Translations under genes and position numbers: made by a program | In this document: one piece after another, positions 17,574-26,989 of the stretch | Numbering within the stretch: position 1 is the stretch's first letter | Layout of the letters: each line of letters opens with the position of its first letter | Origin: Polyangiales bacterium | Lineage (GTDB): Bacteria; Myxococcota_A; Polyangia; Polyangiales; Polyangiaceae | Length of the DNA stretch: 31,422 bases | Direction of reading: 5' to 3' | Assembly (NCBI GenBank): GCA_038230375.1 | Contig: JBBRNJ010000094.1 | Location: 1-31,422 of the forward strand | Notes under the pieces: model-generated | The model's input: the letters and a program-made list of their open reading frames with translations, nothing else | Told to the model about the DNA's origin: nothing | The model's database searches: none

Positions 17574-19061
17574 TCAGCGCGTGCGGGTGGGGAGTGCGTC
17601 GACCATGCGCGAGACGGCGGTGCAGAGCTCGCGCTCGTCGAGCTGAGCGAACCCGAGGCGGAGCGCGCTTCGCGGCTTGTTGTCGAACGCAAAACGCCGT
17701 GCGTCCTGTAGCGCGAGCCCGCGCGCCTCTGCGCGAAGGACCCATGCTGACACGTCCACGTCGTCCGCGACCTGGGCCCAGAGCGCAGTGCCCCCCGCCG
17801 GCAGCGAGAACGAGAGCACGGAGGAGAGCTTCTTCGTGAGCTCGGCGCCGAACACCGCGCGACGTGCCTCGTACACGCGGCGTGCGCGGCGCACGTGACG
17901 CTCCAGGGCGCCGTCCTCCAGGAGCTCGGCGATGGCTGCCTCGAGCGGGTGATCGCCCTGGCGGTCCGCGGTCTTCCGGATGCTCGTGATCGCCTCGCAG
18001 AAGCGGCGTGGCGCGACCAGGTAACCGATGCGGAGGCCCGGCGCGAGCACCTTGGAGAGCGTTCCCACATAGAGCACCACGCCCGCGTCGTCCGCGCTCG
18101 CGAGCGGGAGCACGGGGCGGCCCTCGTAGTGGAACTCGTGGTCGTAGTCGTCCTCCACGATCGCGAGCCGGTGCTTGCGCGCCAGCGCAAGGAGCTCGAG
18201 CCTGCGCCCGGCGGAGAGCGCCACGGTCGTCGGATACTGATGATGCGGCGTCACGTAGACGGCGCGCACGCTCGTGGTGGCGAGGAGCTTCGCGAGGCCG
18301 TCCACACGCATCCCCTGCGCATCCACAGGGAGCGCCACGAGGCGCGCGCCTGCAAGGCGGAACGCGTCCCACGCAGGCCGATAGCCGAGCGACTCGACGA
18401 CCACTACATCCCCGGGACGCAGCAGCGTGCGTGAGACCAGGTCGAGCGCCATCTGGCTTCCACGCGTGACCACGATGTTCTCGGCGGGCGCGGCCACCCC
18501 GCGCGACGCTGAGAGCATGCGCGAGAGCTCACGGCGCAGCGCCGGATGTCCCTCTGCGGCCTGATAGCCCAGAACGTCGGGCGAGCGGAGCGCACGCCTG
18601 ATCGCACGCGCGAGCTCCGCGTGGGGCGCAAGTCGCACGTCGGGAACACCGCCGGACAGAGACAGCGTCCCGCGCTTCGGCGGCGGCGCGAGCGGCTCGA
18701 TCGGGGGCGCGGCCAGATCGAACCCGACGGTGATCGCCGCGCGCGGTGCCCGTGCAGGTGCACGCCACTTCGGCGCAGGGAGCGACGTCGCGACGAACGT
18801 CCCACGTGCAGGCTCGGTCACGATCCATCCCTGTGCGGAGAGCTCGCGGAAGCCGGCGAGCACCGTGTTGCGGTGGACGCCGAGCGACAGCGCGAGCTCA
18901 CGCGTACCAGGCAGCGGATCGCCGGGGCGCAGCCTTCCCCGTTCGATGTCCGCCATGACGGCACGGGCAATGCGGAGGAACTCGGGCGCGCGGCCACCCT
19001 CCTTGCTCGAGGTTCCGCCGCGAGGCCCGTCCACGGAGATCACCGGGATGTAGTGGCGCAT
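17574..19061 (-). CDS. MocR/GabR-family transcription factor (GntR HTH + PLP-dependent aminotransferase-like domain)
   Basis: LPGTRELALSLGVHRNTV winged HTH, plus TPHHQYPT, EDDYD and GTLSKVLAPGLRIGY (PLP lysine). Confidence 0.95.
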   Translation of the reverse strand: MRHYIPVISVDGPRGGTSSKEGGRAPEFLRIARAVMADIERGRLRPGDPLPGTRELALSLGVHRNTVLAGFRELSAQGWIVTEPARGTFVATSLPAPKWRAPARAPRAAITVGFDLAAPPIEPLAPPPKRGTLSLSGGVPDVRLAPHAELARAIRRALRSPDVLGYQAAEGHPALRRELSRMLSASRGVAAPAENIVVTRGSQMALDLVSRTLLRPGDVVVVESLGYRPAWDAFRLAGARLVALPVDAQGMRVDGLAKLLATTSVRAVYVTPHHQYPTTVALSAGRRLELLALARKHRLAIVEDDYDHEFHYEGRPVLPLASADDAGVVLYVGTLSKVLAPGLRIGYLVAPRRFCEAITSIRKTADRQGDHPLEAAIAELLEDGALERHVRRARRVYEARRAVFGAELTKKLSSVLSFSLPAGGTALWAQVADDVDVSAWVLRAEARGLALQDARRFAFDNKPRSALRLGFAQLDERELCTAVSRMVDALPTRTR

Positions 19062-19096
19062 GTCTCTGTTGTCGCATGCCGCCTGCCACGCTTGCC

Positions 19097-19145
19097 AACT
19101 GGTCTATCCGATTTGTTGATTCTGGAACTTTTCGGTAGACCAGTT
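19097..19145. promoter_or_regulatory. Probable MocR operator in the divergent promoter region
   Basis: Inverted repeat AACTGGTCTA (19097-19106) / TAGACCAGTT (19136-19145), with an additional internal CTGG at 19122. This direct-plus-inverted arrangement is known for MocR-family sites. Confidence 0.7.
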
Positions 19146-19163
19146 TGCGGGCACGCTGGGGTC

Positions 19164-20231
19164 ATGCGCAAGGAGATCTACCGGATGCCCGACGCGGACG
19201 CGCGGGCGATGCTCACCGCCGCGAAGGAGATGACGTTCGCCTCCGTCGGCAAACGCGACGACGGACGGCCGACCCCGATCATCCGCACCGTGAACACGTG
19301 GATCGCTGGCGACGCCATCTACTTCCACGGCGCGCCCGCGGGCGAGAAGATGGAGGCCATCGGCGGCGATGCGGTCTTCGAGACGTCGCGCGTGATCGCC
19401 CGCCTTCCGAGCTACTTCGTGGACCCAGAGCGCGCGTGCCCTGCCACCACGCTCTACGAGGGCGTGCAGGCGCACGGCGCGCTGGAGGTGGTCACGGACG
19501 CCGCTGAGAAGGCGCGCGCGCTGGCGGGGCTCATGAAGAAGCTCCAGCCAGAGGGCGGCTACGTGCCGCTCGACGCGCCGATGTACGAGAAGACCATCGC
19601 CGGGATGCTCGTCGCGCGGATGCAGATCGCGCTCGTCGACGGGAAGCGCAAGGTCTGTCAGAACCGGACTCCGAAGGAGCGGACGCGCATCGTGGAGCAG
19701 CTCTTTCTTCGAGCAGACCCAGGTGACACGGAGGCGATCGAGGACATCTTCGCCCACAACGACGACACGCCCGTTCCGACATGCCTGCAGGCACCCGGTG
19801 GCGGACGCTTCACCGCGGCGCTGTCGCCTTCGCGCCACGTGGAGGCGCTCGCACTTCTTCGTCAGGGCGCGTACTGGCTCGAGCAGACGTCCGACGAGAC
19901 CATCCTGCGTTCGATGGACGCACCAGCAGTGATGGTGGGCGCGTTCGACGGTGCGTATCGGCTGGTCGCGGTGGCGCGCCTTCTGGGCGACGCGCGCGTG
20001 GCGTGGCTCTACGACGTGATGGTGGATACGCGCCTTCGCGGAACGGGGGTTGGCCTCGCGCTCATGCAGTTCGTGCTCGCGCATCCGGTGGTGCGCCGCG
20101 TAGAGAAGATGCGACTCACCACACGAGACGCGGACGGCTTCTACCGGAAGCTCGGCTTCAAGGACCTCTCGGAGGCACCGCGGCACCCGTGGCCGAGCAT
20201 CGACATGATCAGAACGTGCCAACCACGCTGA
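19164..20231 (+). CDS. PNPOx-like (split-barrel flavin-binding) domain fused to a GNAT acetyltransferase
   Basis: N-terminal IYFHGAPAGEKM...PSYFVDPERACPATTLY. C-terminal LYDVMVDTRLRGTGVG...TRDADGFYRKLGF. Divergent from the MocR gene. Confidence 0.85.
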   Translation: MRKEIYRMPDADARAMLTAAKEMTFASVGKRDDGRPTPIIRTVNTWIAGDAIYFHGAPAGEKMEAIGGDAVFETSRVIARLPSYFVDPERACPATTLYEGVQAHGALEVVTDAAEKARALAGLMKKLQPEGGYVPLDAPMYEKTIAGMLVARMQIALVDGKRKVCQNRTPKERTRIVEQLFLRADPGDTEAIEDIFAHNDDTPVPTCLQAPGGGRFTAALSPSRHVEALALLRQGAYWLEQTSDETILRSMDAPAVMVGAFDGAYRLVAVARLLGDARVAWLYDVMVDTRLRGTGVGLALMQFVLAHPVVRRVEKMRLTTRDADGFYRKLGFKDLSEAPRHPWPSIDMIRTCQPR

Positions 20232-21282
20232 GCCCGCTCTGCGACGGCGTCCAGGACGGTACGACGTGGAACGTGGTCTTCTCCACCTTCTTCGTGGTCT
20301 CGGCCGGACCGGACACGAAGAAGGTGACGAGGCCGCCGATGAGCAACGCGCCACCGCCAACCATCAGGCCGACCGCGATGTTGTTGTCGTTCTTGGCAGC
20401 GGTATTGTGAGAGTCCTGCGAGTGCGCAGCGGCACACTGATCAGTGTTCGGCGGCGGCTTCGTCTGGCACGCAGGGATCAGCAACTGCGCCTTCACCTCG
20501 GCTGCCGGTACCTTGTCGCGTGCCGCAGCCTCGGAGAACGCGAGCGCGAGCACGCCACCTCCGATGCCGGCGGCGACAACGCCAGCTCCACCGACGATCA
20601 GGCCAACGATCCTGCCCGTGCCGAAGCCGGTGCTCGTGATGACCACCGTCTGGCCGTTCTCCTTGGGTGCCACGACCGGCGCGTCCTCGAGCTTCGGGAT
20701 GTCGAAGTGGTCGACGCCAGGCCCCGCTGCGAGGTGAACGGTCTGCGTCCAGGCGACCTTGCCGGGCGCGGCGGCCTTCAGCACGATGTCACCTGGATCG
20801 ACGGGGATCTTCTCGCCCCAGAGCGCCTTGCCGACGCTCGTGGCGTTGCGCGAGACCTCCAGCCCCTCGACCGGGAACTTGATATTGAGGACCAGCTGGT
20901 GGAGCGTGGGCTCGAGCTTTGCGGCCTCGTCGCGGGCGTACTGCTGACGCTGCGTCTGGTTCGTGCGCGAGGCGAGCGTCTCCACGGTCTTGTACTCTGC
21001 CCATGCGCTCGCGGTCTTGCCTTCCTTCTCGTGGCAGCGCGCGAGGTTGATCATGGTGCCGATCGCCGGGTCCTGCGCGTAGCTCTCCTGGAACTTCTCG
21101 CAGGCCTCGTGGATCTTGCCGGCGTCGAACAGCTTCTGTCCGTCGTTGAAGAGGACCTCCGCTGCGGCGATGTCGCCCGCCATGGCAGGCCGCTCGGCGC
21201 ACATCAGGCAGCCAAGGCCGATCGCGAGCGTGGCGAGAGGTAGAAGCGCGCGCAGGGCGGCGCGCGAGTCAGTGGTTCGCAT
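20209..21282 (-). CDS. Exported TPR + PEGA-like protein with C-terminal hydrophobic segments
   Basis: Signal peptide, then AEVLFNDG...EACEKFQESY...NLARCHEKEGKTASAW TPR-like helices and a PVDPG beta domain. Two hydrophobic segments follow, and the protein ends in a beta-strand (SVVGTF). Start uncertain (21282-21321). Confidence 0.8.
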   Translation of the reverse strand: MRTTDSRAALRALLPLATLAIGLGCLMCAERPAMAGDIAAAEVLFNDGQKLFDAGKIHEACEKFQESYAQDPAIGTMINLARCHEKEGKTASAWAEYKTVETLASRTNQTQRQQYARDEAAKLEPTLHQLVLNIKFPVEGLEVSRNATSVGKALWGEKIPVDPGDIVLKAAAPGKVAWTQTVHLAAGPGVDHFDIPKLEDAPVVAPKENGQTVVITSTGFGTGRIVGLIVGGAGVVAAGIGGGVLALAFSEAAARDKVPAAEVKAQLLIPACQTKPPPNTDQCAAAHSQDSHNTAAKNDNNIAVGLMVGGGALLIGGLVTFFVSGPAETTKKVEKTTFHVVPSWTPSQSGLSVVGTF

Positions 21283-21336
21283 CTTGGAGGATTGCCAGTC
21301 GGGTCGCATGTCGGACCGCATTTAGAACAGATGGCG

Positions 21337-23055
21337 TCAGTTACGACCAGAAAACGGGCTCGCCGACGTTGCGGGCTTTGGCGGGGGCGGCTGAGGGACG
21401 GGTGGGGGCGGGGGTGGCGCCTGGACCGCGACAGCAACCGGACCGGGGCCTGCCGACGGAGCGGCCGCAGCGACAGCGCCGCCTTGTCCGCCGTTTCTGC
21501 CACCACCACCACCGCCACCACCGCCGCCGCCACCACCGGGCCGCTTCGCGGTTGGATCGGTGCTCGATCCGGCCGCGAGGGAGGCAGATGGCGCGGCGGT
21601 GCTCGCGGCGTTGGACGGGGGAGCCGTGGGCTGCGCAGCGACGGTCGCGGATGCCGGGGTGGGAAGCTCCATGGTGGGCAGCGGGGGTGTGGCGTCGACC
21701 TTGGCGGCGCGCGCCTTGATCGCGAAGAACGTTCCACCACCCGCGAGCGCGATGAACAAGCCGACGCCGATCACGATGAACGGAGCCATGGATGCTTTCG
21801 GCGGCGGCATCATGGCGCCCGCGCTGAGCTCTCCGCTGTGTTCGCCGCCGCCGTATCCGGGCGGTGCGGGCACCTGCATCAACCCTGGCATGGGGGTGGT
21901 CGCGCCATACCGCTGACCGGCCTGCTGCGGAGCCTGCTGGCCATTCGGCGTGACGTTGCCGGCGGGCAAGGGCACGTTGACCGCGGAGACGGTGCTCGCA
22001 GCGCGCTGAGGCAGGCCTGGCCCGGTCTGGCCAGCTCCTGTTTGGCCAGGTCCTGTTTGGCCAGCGCCGTGGAAGCTGGGCATCTGGTCGCGCGCACCGG
22101 GGATCACGTTGGTGGCGGCATACGGCGACTGTCCGCCGCCCACGCGGCTGGCGACGACCAGCGGAAGGTTTGCGGAGCGTTGCGAGCCGAACGGCGCGAG
22201 GTCGCGTGCGAGCTCCTTCACCGTGGGGATGCGATCGTCAGCGCGGCGCTGCAAGCAGCGCATGATGACGGCCTCGAGTCCAGGCGCGACCTCGGGAACG
22301 CGGGCGCGAACCGGAATAGGATCGGTCTCGAGGATCGCGGCGAAGAGCTCACCGAGGTTCTCACCGGTGTACGGCACCGCGCCCGTGATGAGCTCGTAGA
22401 GAATGACGCCGAGCGCCCAGATGTCGGCGCGGGCGTCAACGCTCTTCGAGCTGCGGAGCTGCTCGGGCGACATGTACAGCGGCGAGCCGAGCATCGCCTT
22501 CGTGCTGGTGAGCGCTGCCGGAGCTGCGGAGAGTGAATGCTGCTTCGAGATGCCGAAGTCGAGCACCTTCACGATCGTGCTCTTGTCGGGCTTGTTGTGC
22601 AGGAACAGGTTCGACGGCTTCAGGTCGCGGTGGACCATGTTGAGGTCGTGCGCCTGGTTGATCGCCTCGAGCGACTGGAGCACGTAGTCCACGGCCTCTT
22701 CAGGCGCGAGGCGGCCGCGGCTCTCCAGGAGCTGCGAGAGATCCTGGCCGTCCATGTACTCGAGCACCATGAAGGGCACGCCGCCCTCCGCGCCGCAGTC
22801 AGAGACGCGGCACACGTGCTCACCCTGGATACGGAACGCGTTGCGGGCCTCGTTGAGGAAGCGCTGGACCGCCTCGGGGCTCTGCGCCACCTCGCCAAGG
22901 AGTACCTTCACAGCCACACGCTGGAGGAGGATCTCGTGCTGGGCGGCGAAGACCGCGCCCATCCCGCCCTGCCCGATGATCTTCTCGATGCGGTACTTGC
23001 CGCCGATCAGATCGCCAGGCTTGGGAAGAGACTGTGAGAGTGATTGCTCCGACAT
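21337..23055 (-). CDS. Membrane Hanks-type Ser/Thr protein kinase
   Basis: GQGGMG, VAVK, HRDLKPSN, DFG and YMSPEQ motifs. TM segment FIVIGVGLFIALAGGGTFF and a low-complexity Pro/Gly C-terminus. Confidence 0.93.
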   Translation of the reverse strand: MSEQSLSQSLPKPGDLIGGKYRIEKIIGQGGMGAVFAAQHEILLQRVAVKVLLGEVAQSPEAVQRFLNEARNAFRIQGEHVCRVSDCGAEGGVPFMVLEYMDGQDLSQLLESRGRLAPEEAVDYVLQSLEAINQAHDLNMVHRDLKPSNLFLHNKPDKSTIVKVLDFGISKQHSLSAAPAALTSTKAMLGSPLYMSPEQLRSSKSVDARADIWALGVILYELITGAVPYTGENLGELFAAILETDPIPVRARVPEVAPGLEAVIMRCLQRRADDRIPTVKELARDLAPFGSQRSANLPLVVASRVGGGQSPYAATNVIPGARDQMPSFHGAGQTGPGQTGAGQTGPGLPQRAASTVSAVNVPLPAGNVTPNGQQAPQQAGQRYGATTPMPGLMQVPAPPGYGGGEHSGELSAGAMMPPPKASMAPFIVIGVGLFIALAGGGTFFAIKARAAKVDATPPLPTMELPTPASATVAAQPTAPPSNAASTAAPSASLAAGSSTDPTAKRPGGGGGGGGGGGGGRNGGQGGAVAAAAPSAGPGPVAVAVQAPPPPPPVPQPPPPKPATSASPFSGRN

Positions 23056-23318
23056 TCGAGAGACCCCTAGCTCAGTCGAAAGGCTATCTTTCACTGGCGC
23101 GACACACAAGCGAGTAGCACCCGCCCATCAGACGTCGGTCAGACGATTGAGCTTCGGGATCGGTCCATGATCCTGCGACGAAAAGCGCGTGATGCAAACG
23201 CGATCACCGTCCCCCAAACGCGCTACAGCAACGAGAACGCGCGGCGTTCAGGGTTTGCTCACGCGAGAAAGAAGCGGGGAGGAGAAGAACGCACATCGGG
23301 GCGACGGACATTCGGCAC

Positions 23319-23411
23319 CTCGACCGCGACTTCGACTTCGACTTCGACTTCGACCTCGACTTCGACTTCGACCTCGACTTCGACCTCGACTTCGACTTCG
23401 GCCTCGACTTC
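23319..23411 (+). repeat. Hexamer tandem array (CGACTT/CGACCT)n, about 15 units
   Basis: Read directly from the sequence. Intergenic, ending about 34 nt upstream of the tRNA promoter. Confidence 0.95.
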
Positions 23412-23444
23412 CAGCGTGCTCCTCTGGCGCGGGGCTGGTTTGTC

Positions 23445-23472
23445 TTGACTCCTTGACCCGAGAAAGTATGTT
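23445..23472 (+). promoter_or_regulatory. sigma70-type promoter of tRNA-Thr
   Basis: TTGACT-N16-TATGTT followed by a GC-rich discriminator (CCCGCGCC). Confidence 0.6.
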
Positions 23473-23492
23473 CCCGCGCCGTTCCGACACGC

Positions 23493-23564
<72 letters not shown>

Positions 23565-23646
23565 CCCTCCACCACAGATGGCCACCACACGATGGCCACC
23601 AAACGCTGGTTTTTTCAGCGATCATCACGCGCCATCTACGCGCCAT

Positions 23647-25176
23647 CTACGCTGCCGCGACGCTTCGGGCTCCCTCGGCGATGCGGTGGGCTGCGAGTCG
23701 CGAGAGCGCCATGATCGTGTGCTGCGGGTTCACGCCGAGGTTCGTGGGGAACACGCTCGAGTCGACCACGAAGAGCCGCGACACCTCGCGCGTCTCGAAG
23801 TCCGGCGTGCACACGCTGTCCGACGGGTTCGCGCTCATGCGCGCGGCGCCGAAGAGGTGTGTGGTGATGAAGCCGTAGGCGCGTGCCTCGATGGGCGCCT
23901 CTTCGATGAGCTTCGCCTGATCCGGCGACGTGAGCACGCTCGGGAGCCCGAAGATGCCCGGCCACACTTCCCGAGCGCCGCACTCGAACATCCAGCGCGT
24001 GAGGATCGCCAGGGCACGGCGCGAGCTCTTGATGTCCTCTTCGTCCACGTTGAAGCGGATGCGATCTCGGCCGAAGAGATCCGTATCCACGGTTCCCTCC
24101 GCGCGCGAGCGCACCTGCCCGGCCCACACCGCCACGTGGCCCATCTGCTCCAGGCGGTTCGTCAGCGCGCTGCCGAGCCCCGGGATGCGCGCGGCCGCGA
24201 GCTCCGGCGGCATGCCGATCGTCTCGAGCTTCGTGCGGTGCGACTTGCGGAACGCGATGCTCTCCGCGCCCTGCGTCGCGCCGAAGTCCATCGAGATGGG
24301 TCGGTCGAAGAGCCCACCGATACCGACGCTCGGGTGACACTGGAAGTGCTTGCCCAGCGCGCTCGAACGCAGCCCGCTGCGACGCAGGATGCCCGGCGTC
24401 TGCACTGTGCTCGCGGCGACGAGCACGCCCATCTTCGCGCGAAGGTGCACGCGTCCCCCACCTTTGGCCTGCGCGACCACGCCCACCGCACGAGCACCGC
24501 GCACGTCCACGCGAAGCACCTTGCACGACGTGAAGAGCTGCGCGCCCCGCTCGAGCGCCCACGGCACGTACGTGATCGCCATCGACTGCTTCTTGCCGGT
24601 CGGACAGCCCTGCAGGCATCGCCCCGAGCCTTCGCATCCCGCGTCGTATCGGCGCATGGGCGCGGCCTCGACCCCGTTCGCCTTCGCGACCTCCAGGAAC
24701 AGGCGGTTGTGCTCGCCCTGCACCTTGGCGTCCACCTCGCGCACGGAGAGCGCCTTCTCCAGCGCTGCGTAGTGCGGCTCCACGTCGCGCAGGCCGAGCG
24801 AGAGGCCGAAGTCGCGGTGCCAGTCGTCGAAAACGTCCTCCGGCGCGCGCCATGCGATGGCGGAGTTGATGACGGTGCTGCCGCCAACGCATGCACCCTG
24901 CAAGTACGGGATGAAGCTCCTACCCTTCATGATGGTCATGCCGGTGTCGCGCACCAGGTTCTGGAACGTGCTGTGGACGTCGGTGCCGAAGTGCTTGGCA
25001 TGCACCCATGCGCCCTCCTCCACCATCGCCACGGAGAAGCCCTCGCAGGCGAGCGCATGCGCTGCGACGGCGCCCGCGGCGCCGGTCCCCACCACGACGA
25101 AATCGAACACGGCATCCACGGGCGTGCGCTGCAGGGCGCCGTCGGTGACGCCGGACGGAAGGGTGTCAGGCTGCAC
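23647..25176 (-). CDS. GMC-family FAD-dependent oxidoreductase
   Basis: VVVGTGAAG, GACVGGSTVINS, CxxxxxCLQGCP, THLFGAARM and FPTNLGVNPQHTIMAL motifs. Confidence 0.93.
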   Translation of the reverse strand: MQPDTLPSGVTDGALQRTPVDAVFDFVVVGTGAAGAVAAHALACEGFSVAMVEEGAWVHAKHFGTDVHSTFQNLVRDTGMTIMKGRSFIPYLQGACVGGSTVINSAIAWRAPEDVFDDWHRDFGLSLGLRDVEPHYAALEKALSVREVDAKVQGEHNRLFLEVAKANGVEAAPMRRYDAGCEGSGRCLQGCPTGKKQSMAITYVPWALERGAQLFTSCKVLRVDVRGARAVGVVAQAKGGGRVHLRAKMGVLVAASTVQTPGILRRSGLRSSALGKHFQCHPSVGIGGLFDRPISMDFGATQGAESIAFRKSHRTKLETIGMPPELAAARIPGLGSALTNRLEQMGHVAVWAGQVRSRAEGTVDTDLFGRDRIRFNVDEEDIKSSRRALAILTRWMFECGAREVWPGIFGLPSVLTSPDQAKLIEEAPIEARAYGFITTHLFGAARMSANPSDSVCTPDFETREVSRLFVVDSSVFPTNLGVNPQHTIMALSRLAAHRIAEGARSVAAA

Positions 25177-25585
25177 GGCTCGCCTCCTTCTTCACGGTGA
25201 GGGTCACGAGTGCTCCGCGCTTCGGCGTGAGGAGCGCGCGGCGCACCTCTGGATCGTGTGCGTAGAGGATCGCGCCCATGGTCTTCAGCGCCATCACCAG
25301 CTGCCGCACGAAGTACATGGAGCTCGAGAGCAGCGCGTCGAGCACGCGCTCTTTTGCTTCGGGCGCGAGGCCCCCAAACGTGCGCGGTCGCTTCATCACC
25401 AGCAGTGGCGAGAGCACCACCATGAGGAGCGCGAGACGCAGGCCTACGGCCGCCTCGAACGGCGCGGACGCGATGATGCCCGCGAACCCGCTGCCATAGC
25501 CTTTCTCGCGCACCTCACTGTCCACAGGGAACATCGCGGCGAGCACTGCGCGTGCCCACACTTCTTCGAATGCAAAGAGACGCAT
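25166..25585 (-). CDS. Small hypothetical protein coupled to the GMC gene (possible accessory subunit)
   Basis: GAAGGAG Shine-Dalgarno before ATG 25585. The F..L..E.KERVL...SS.Y..RQL...LK pattern is seen in small GMC partner proteins. Overlaps the GMC start. Confidence 0.7.
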   Translation of the reverse strand: MRLFAFEEVWARAVLAAMFPVDSEVREKGYGSGFAGIIASAPFEAAVGLRLALLMVVLSPLLVMKRPRTFGGLAPEAKERVLDALLSSSMYFVRQLVMALKTMGAILYAHDPEVRRALLTPKRGALVTLTVKKEASRAA

Positions 25586-25716
25586 CGGATTTACTCCTTC
25601 GAAAGAACACGGTTCGTGATGCCCGACGGGGCACAAAACTATCCCCAGCGTGAACGCAGCGGCGTCACGCAATCCCACACACTCGATGCCGGGCGCCCGC
25701 TCAGGGCCGGCGCGGA

Positions 25717-26649
25717 CTACTTCTTTGGGCGCTTCCTGAACTTGTTGGTGATCCCGTGGCGGCGCATCCAGCGCGCGTCCAGGAGCTCCAGCGCCATGCG
25801 CACCTGCGTGCGCGCCCCGTCGCCATCACCGGCGGCGACGAGAGAGATCACGACCTCGTAGTAGGCGGTCGCCTCTTCACGATTGTCGTAGAGCTTCTCC
25901 ACCAGCGCGGGCTGCTCGTCCGCGAAGCGAGAGAACGTGTTGAGCACGAGCTCGAGACCGACGTTGCGCGCTGCCCTCGAGATCGCACGAACGAACGCGA
26001 TGTCACCACGCGCGAAGGCGAGCGGGTCGCCGACGCGGGTGTTCTGCTCGTCTGCGAGCGCGCGCATCGCGTCGAGATCCTCTTCCGTATGACGCTCTGC
26101 CGCGAGAGCGACCGCCTCGGAGGCGAGCATCCGACGCATCTCGAGCAGGGAGACCAGGAGCTCGACCCATGAGGGATCCTCCTCGGTCGCGGAGCCGAGC
26201 AGCGTGGCGAGCATGTCGAGGCCCGCACGCTCACGCCACGATGCGACGACCGTTCCGGAGCCATGACGGGTGGTGACCAGGCCAAGGGCCTCCAGGCGCG
26301 CAAGCGCCGCGCGAAGCGTGAGACGGTTGACCCCAAGCGCCAGGGACAGCTCTCGCTCCGACGGAAGACGCGCACCAGCCGCCACGCGCCCGGCCAGGAT
26401 CTCCGCGCGCAGGCGCTCCGCGACGGCGTCAACCACGCTCGACCGCGCGACCGGTCCGATCTGGGTGAGCGTCTCGAGGCTACTGCCAGCCGCTGGCGCG
26501 CCTGCTCGGGCCTGGCCTGCCTGGCCTGCCTGGCCTGCTTGGCCTGCAGGCGTGCCGACCTCGAAGAGCGGGGCGCGCTTCGGGCGCTCCCTCAGATCTT
26601 TTCCGAGTCGCTCTTTGCCAGCTTGGGCTTTTTCAAACTCGGTCGACAT
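25717..26649 (-). CDS. FadR/GntR-family transcriptional regulator
   Basis: LPSERELSLALGVNRLTLRAAL..LEALGLVTTRHGSGT HTH plus an FCD-like C-terminal domain. Start uncertain (26649 preferred, 26739 possible). Confidence 0.9.
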   Translation of the reverse strand: MSTEFEKAQAGKERLGKDLRERPKRAPLFEVGTPAGQAGQAGQAGQARAGAPAAGSSLETLTQIGPVARSSVVDAVAERLRAEILAGRVAAGARLPSERELSLALGVNRLTLRAALARLEALGLVTTRHGSGTVVASWRERAGLDMLATLLGSATEEDPSWVELLVSLLEMRRMLASEAVALAAERHTEEDLDAMRALADEQNTRVGDPLAFARGDIAFVRAISRAARNVGLELVLNTFSRFADEQPALVEKLYDNREEATAYYEVVISLVAAGDGDGARTQVRMALELLDARWMRRHGITNKFRKRPKK

Positions 26650-26741
26650 GGGCGGGCATCCTAGGCGCTGGCTTGGAGAATCAGAAGGAGCATCCGGAAA
26701 ACGCGGTCCGGATGTGCAGACATCCGCGGCTTCGCTCATTC

Positions 26742-26756
26742 ACTGGTTGAACCAAT
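26742..26756. promoter_or_regulatory. Candidate FadR-family operator
   Basis: Palindrome ACTGGTTGAACCAAT (TGGT-N3-ACCA core) upstream of the regulator. A second palindrome, CGGATGT-N4-ACATCCG, lies at 26709-26726. Confidence 0.55.
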
Positions 26757-26817
26757 AATCCCGCTGAGCACACTGCGCAAATGATTTCGCACGCAGCCAC
26801 CCGATAGTTTTCCACGC

Positions 26818-26965
26818 CGAGGTCGAGGTCGAGGTCGGGGTCGAGGTCGGGGTCGGGGTCGAGGTCGAGGTCGAGGTCGAGGTCGGGGTCGGGGTCGGGG
26901 TCGAGGTCGAGGTCGAAGTCGTCGTCGAAGTCGTCGTCGAAGTCGAAGTCGAAGTCGTCGTCGAC
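26818..26965 (-). repeat. Hexamer tandem array (GTCGAG/GTCGGG/GTCGAA on +; CGACYY on -), about 24 units
   Basis: Read directly from the sequence. Intergenic between the divergent regulator and ltaE. It is the reverse-complement type of the 23319-23411 array. Confidence 0.95.
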
Positions 26966-26989
26966 CTGTCCTGCTATTCTCGCGCGCCG

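Noticed and set aside
26509..26548. 9-bp repeat encoding GQAGQAGQAGQA in the FadR-type N-terminus
   Set aside because: Short, in-frame, low-complexity linker repeat with no sign of phase variation.
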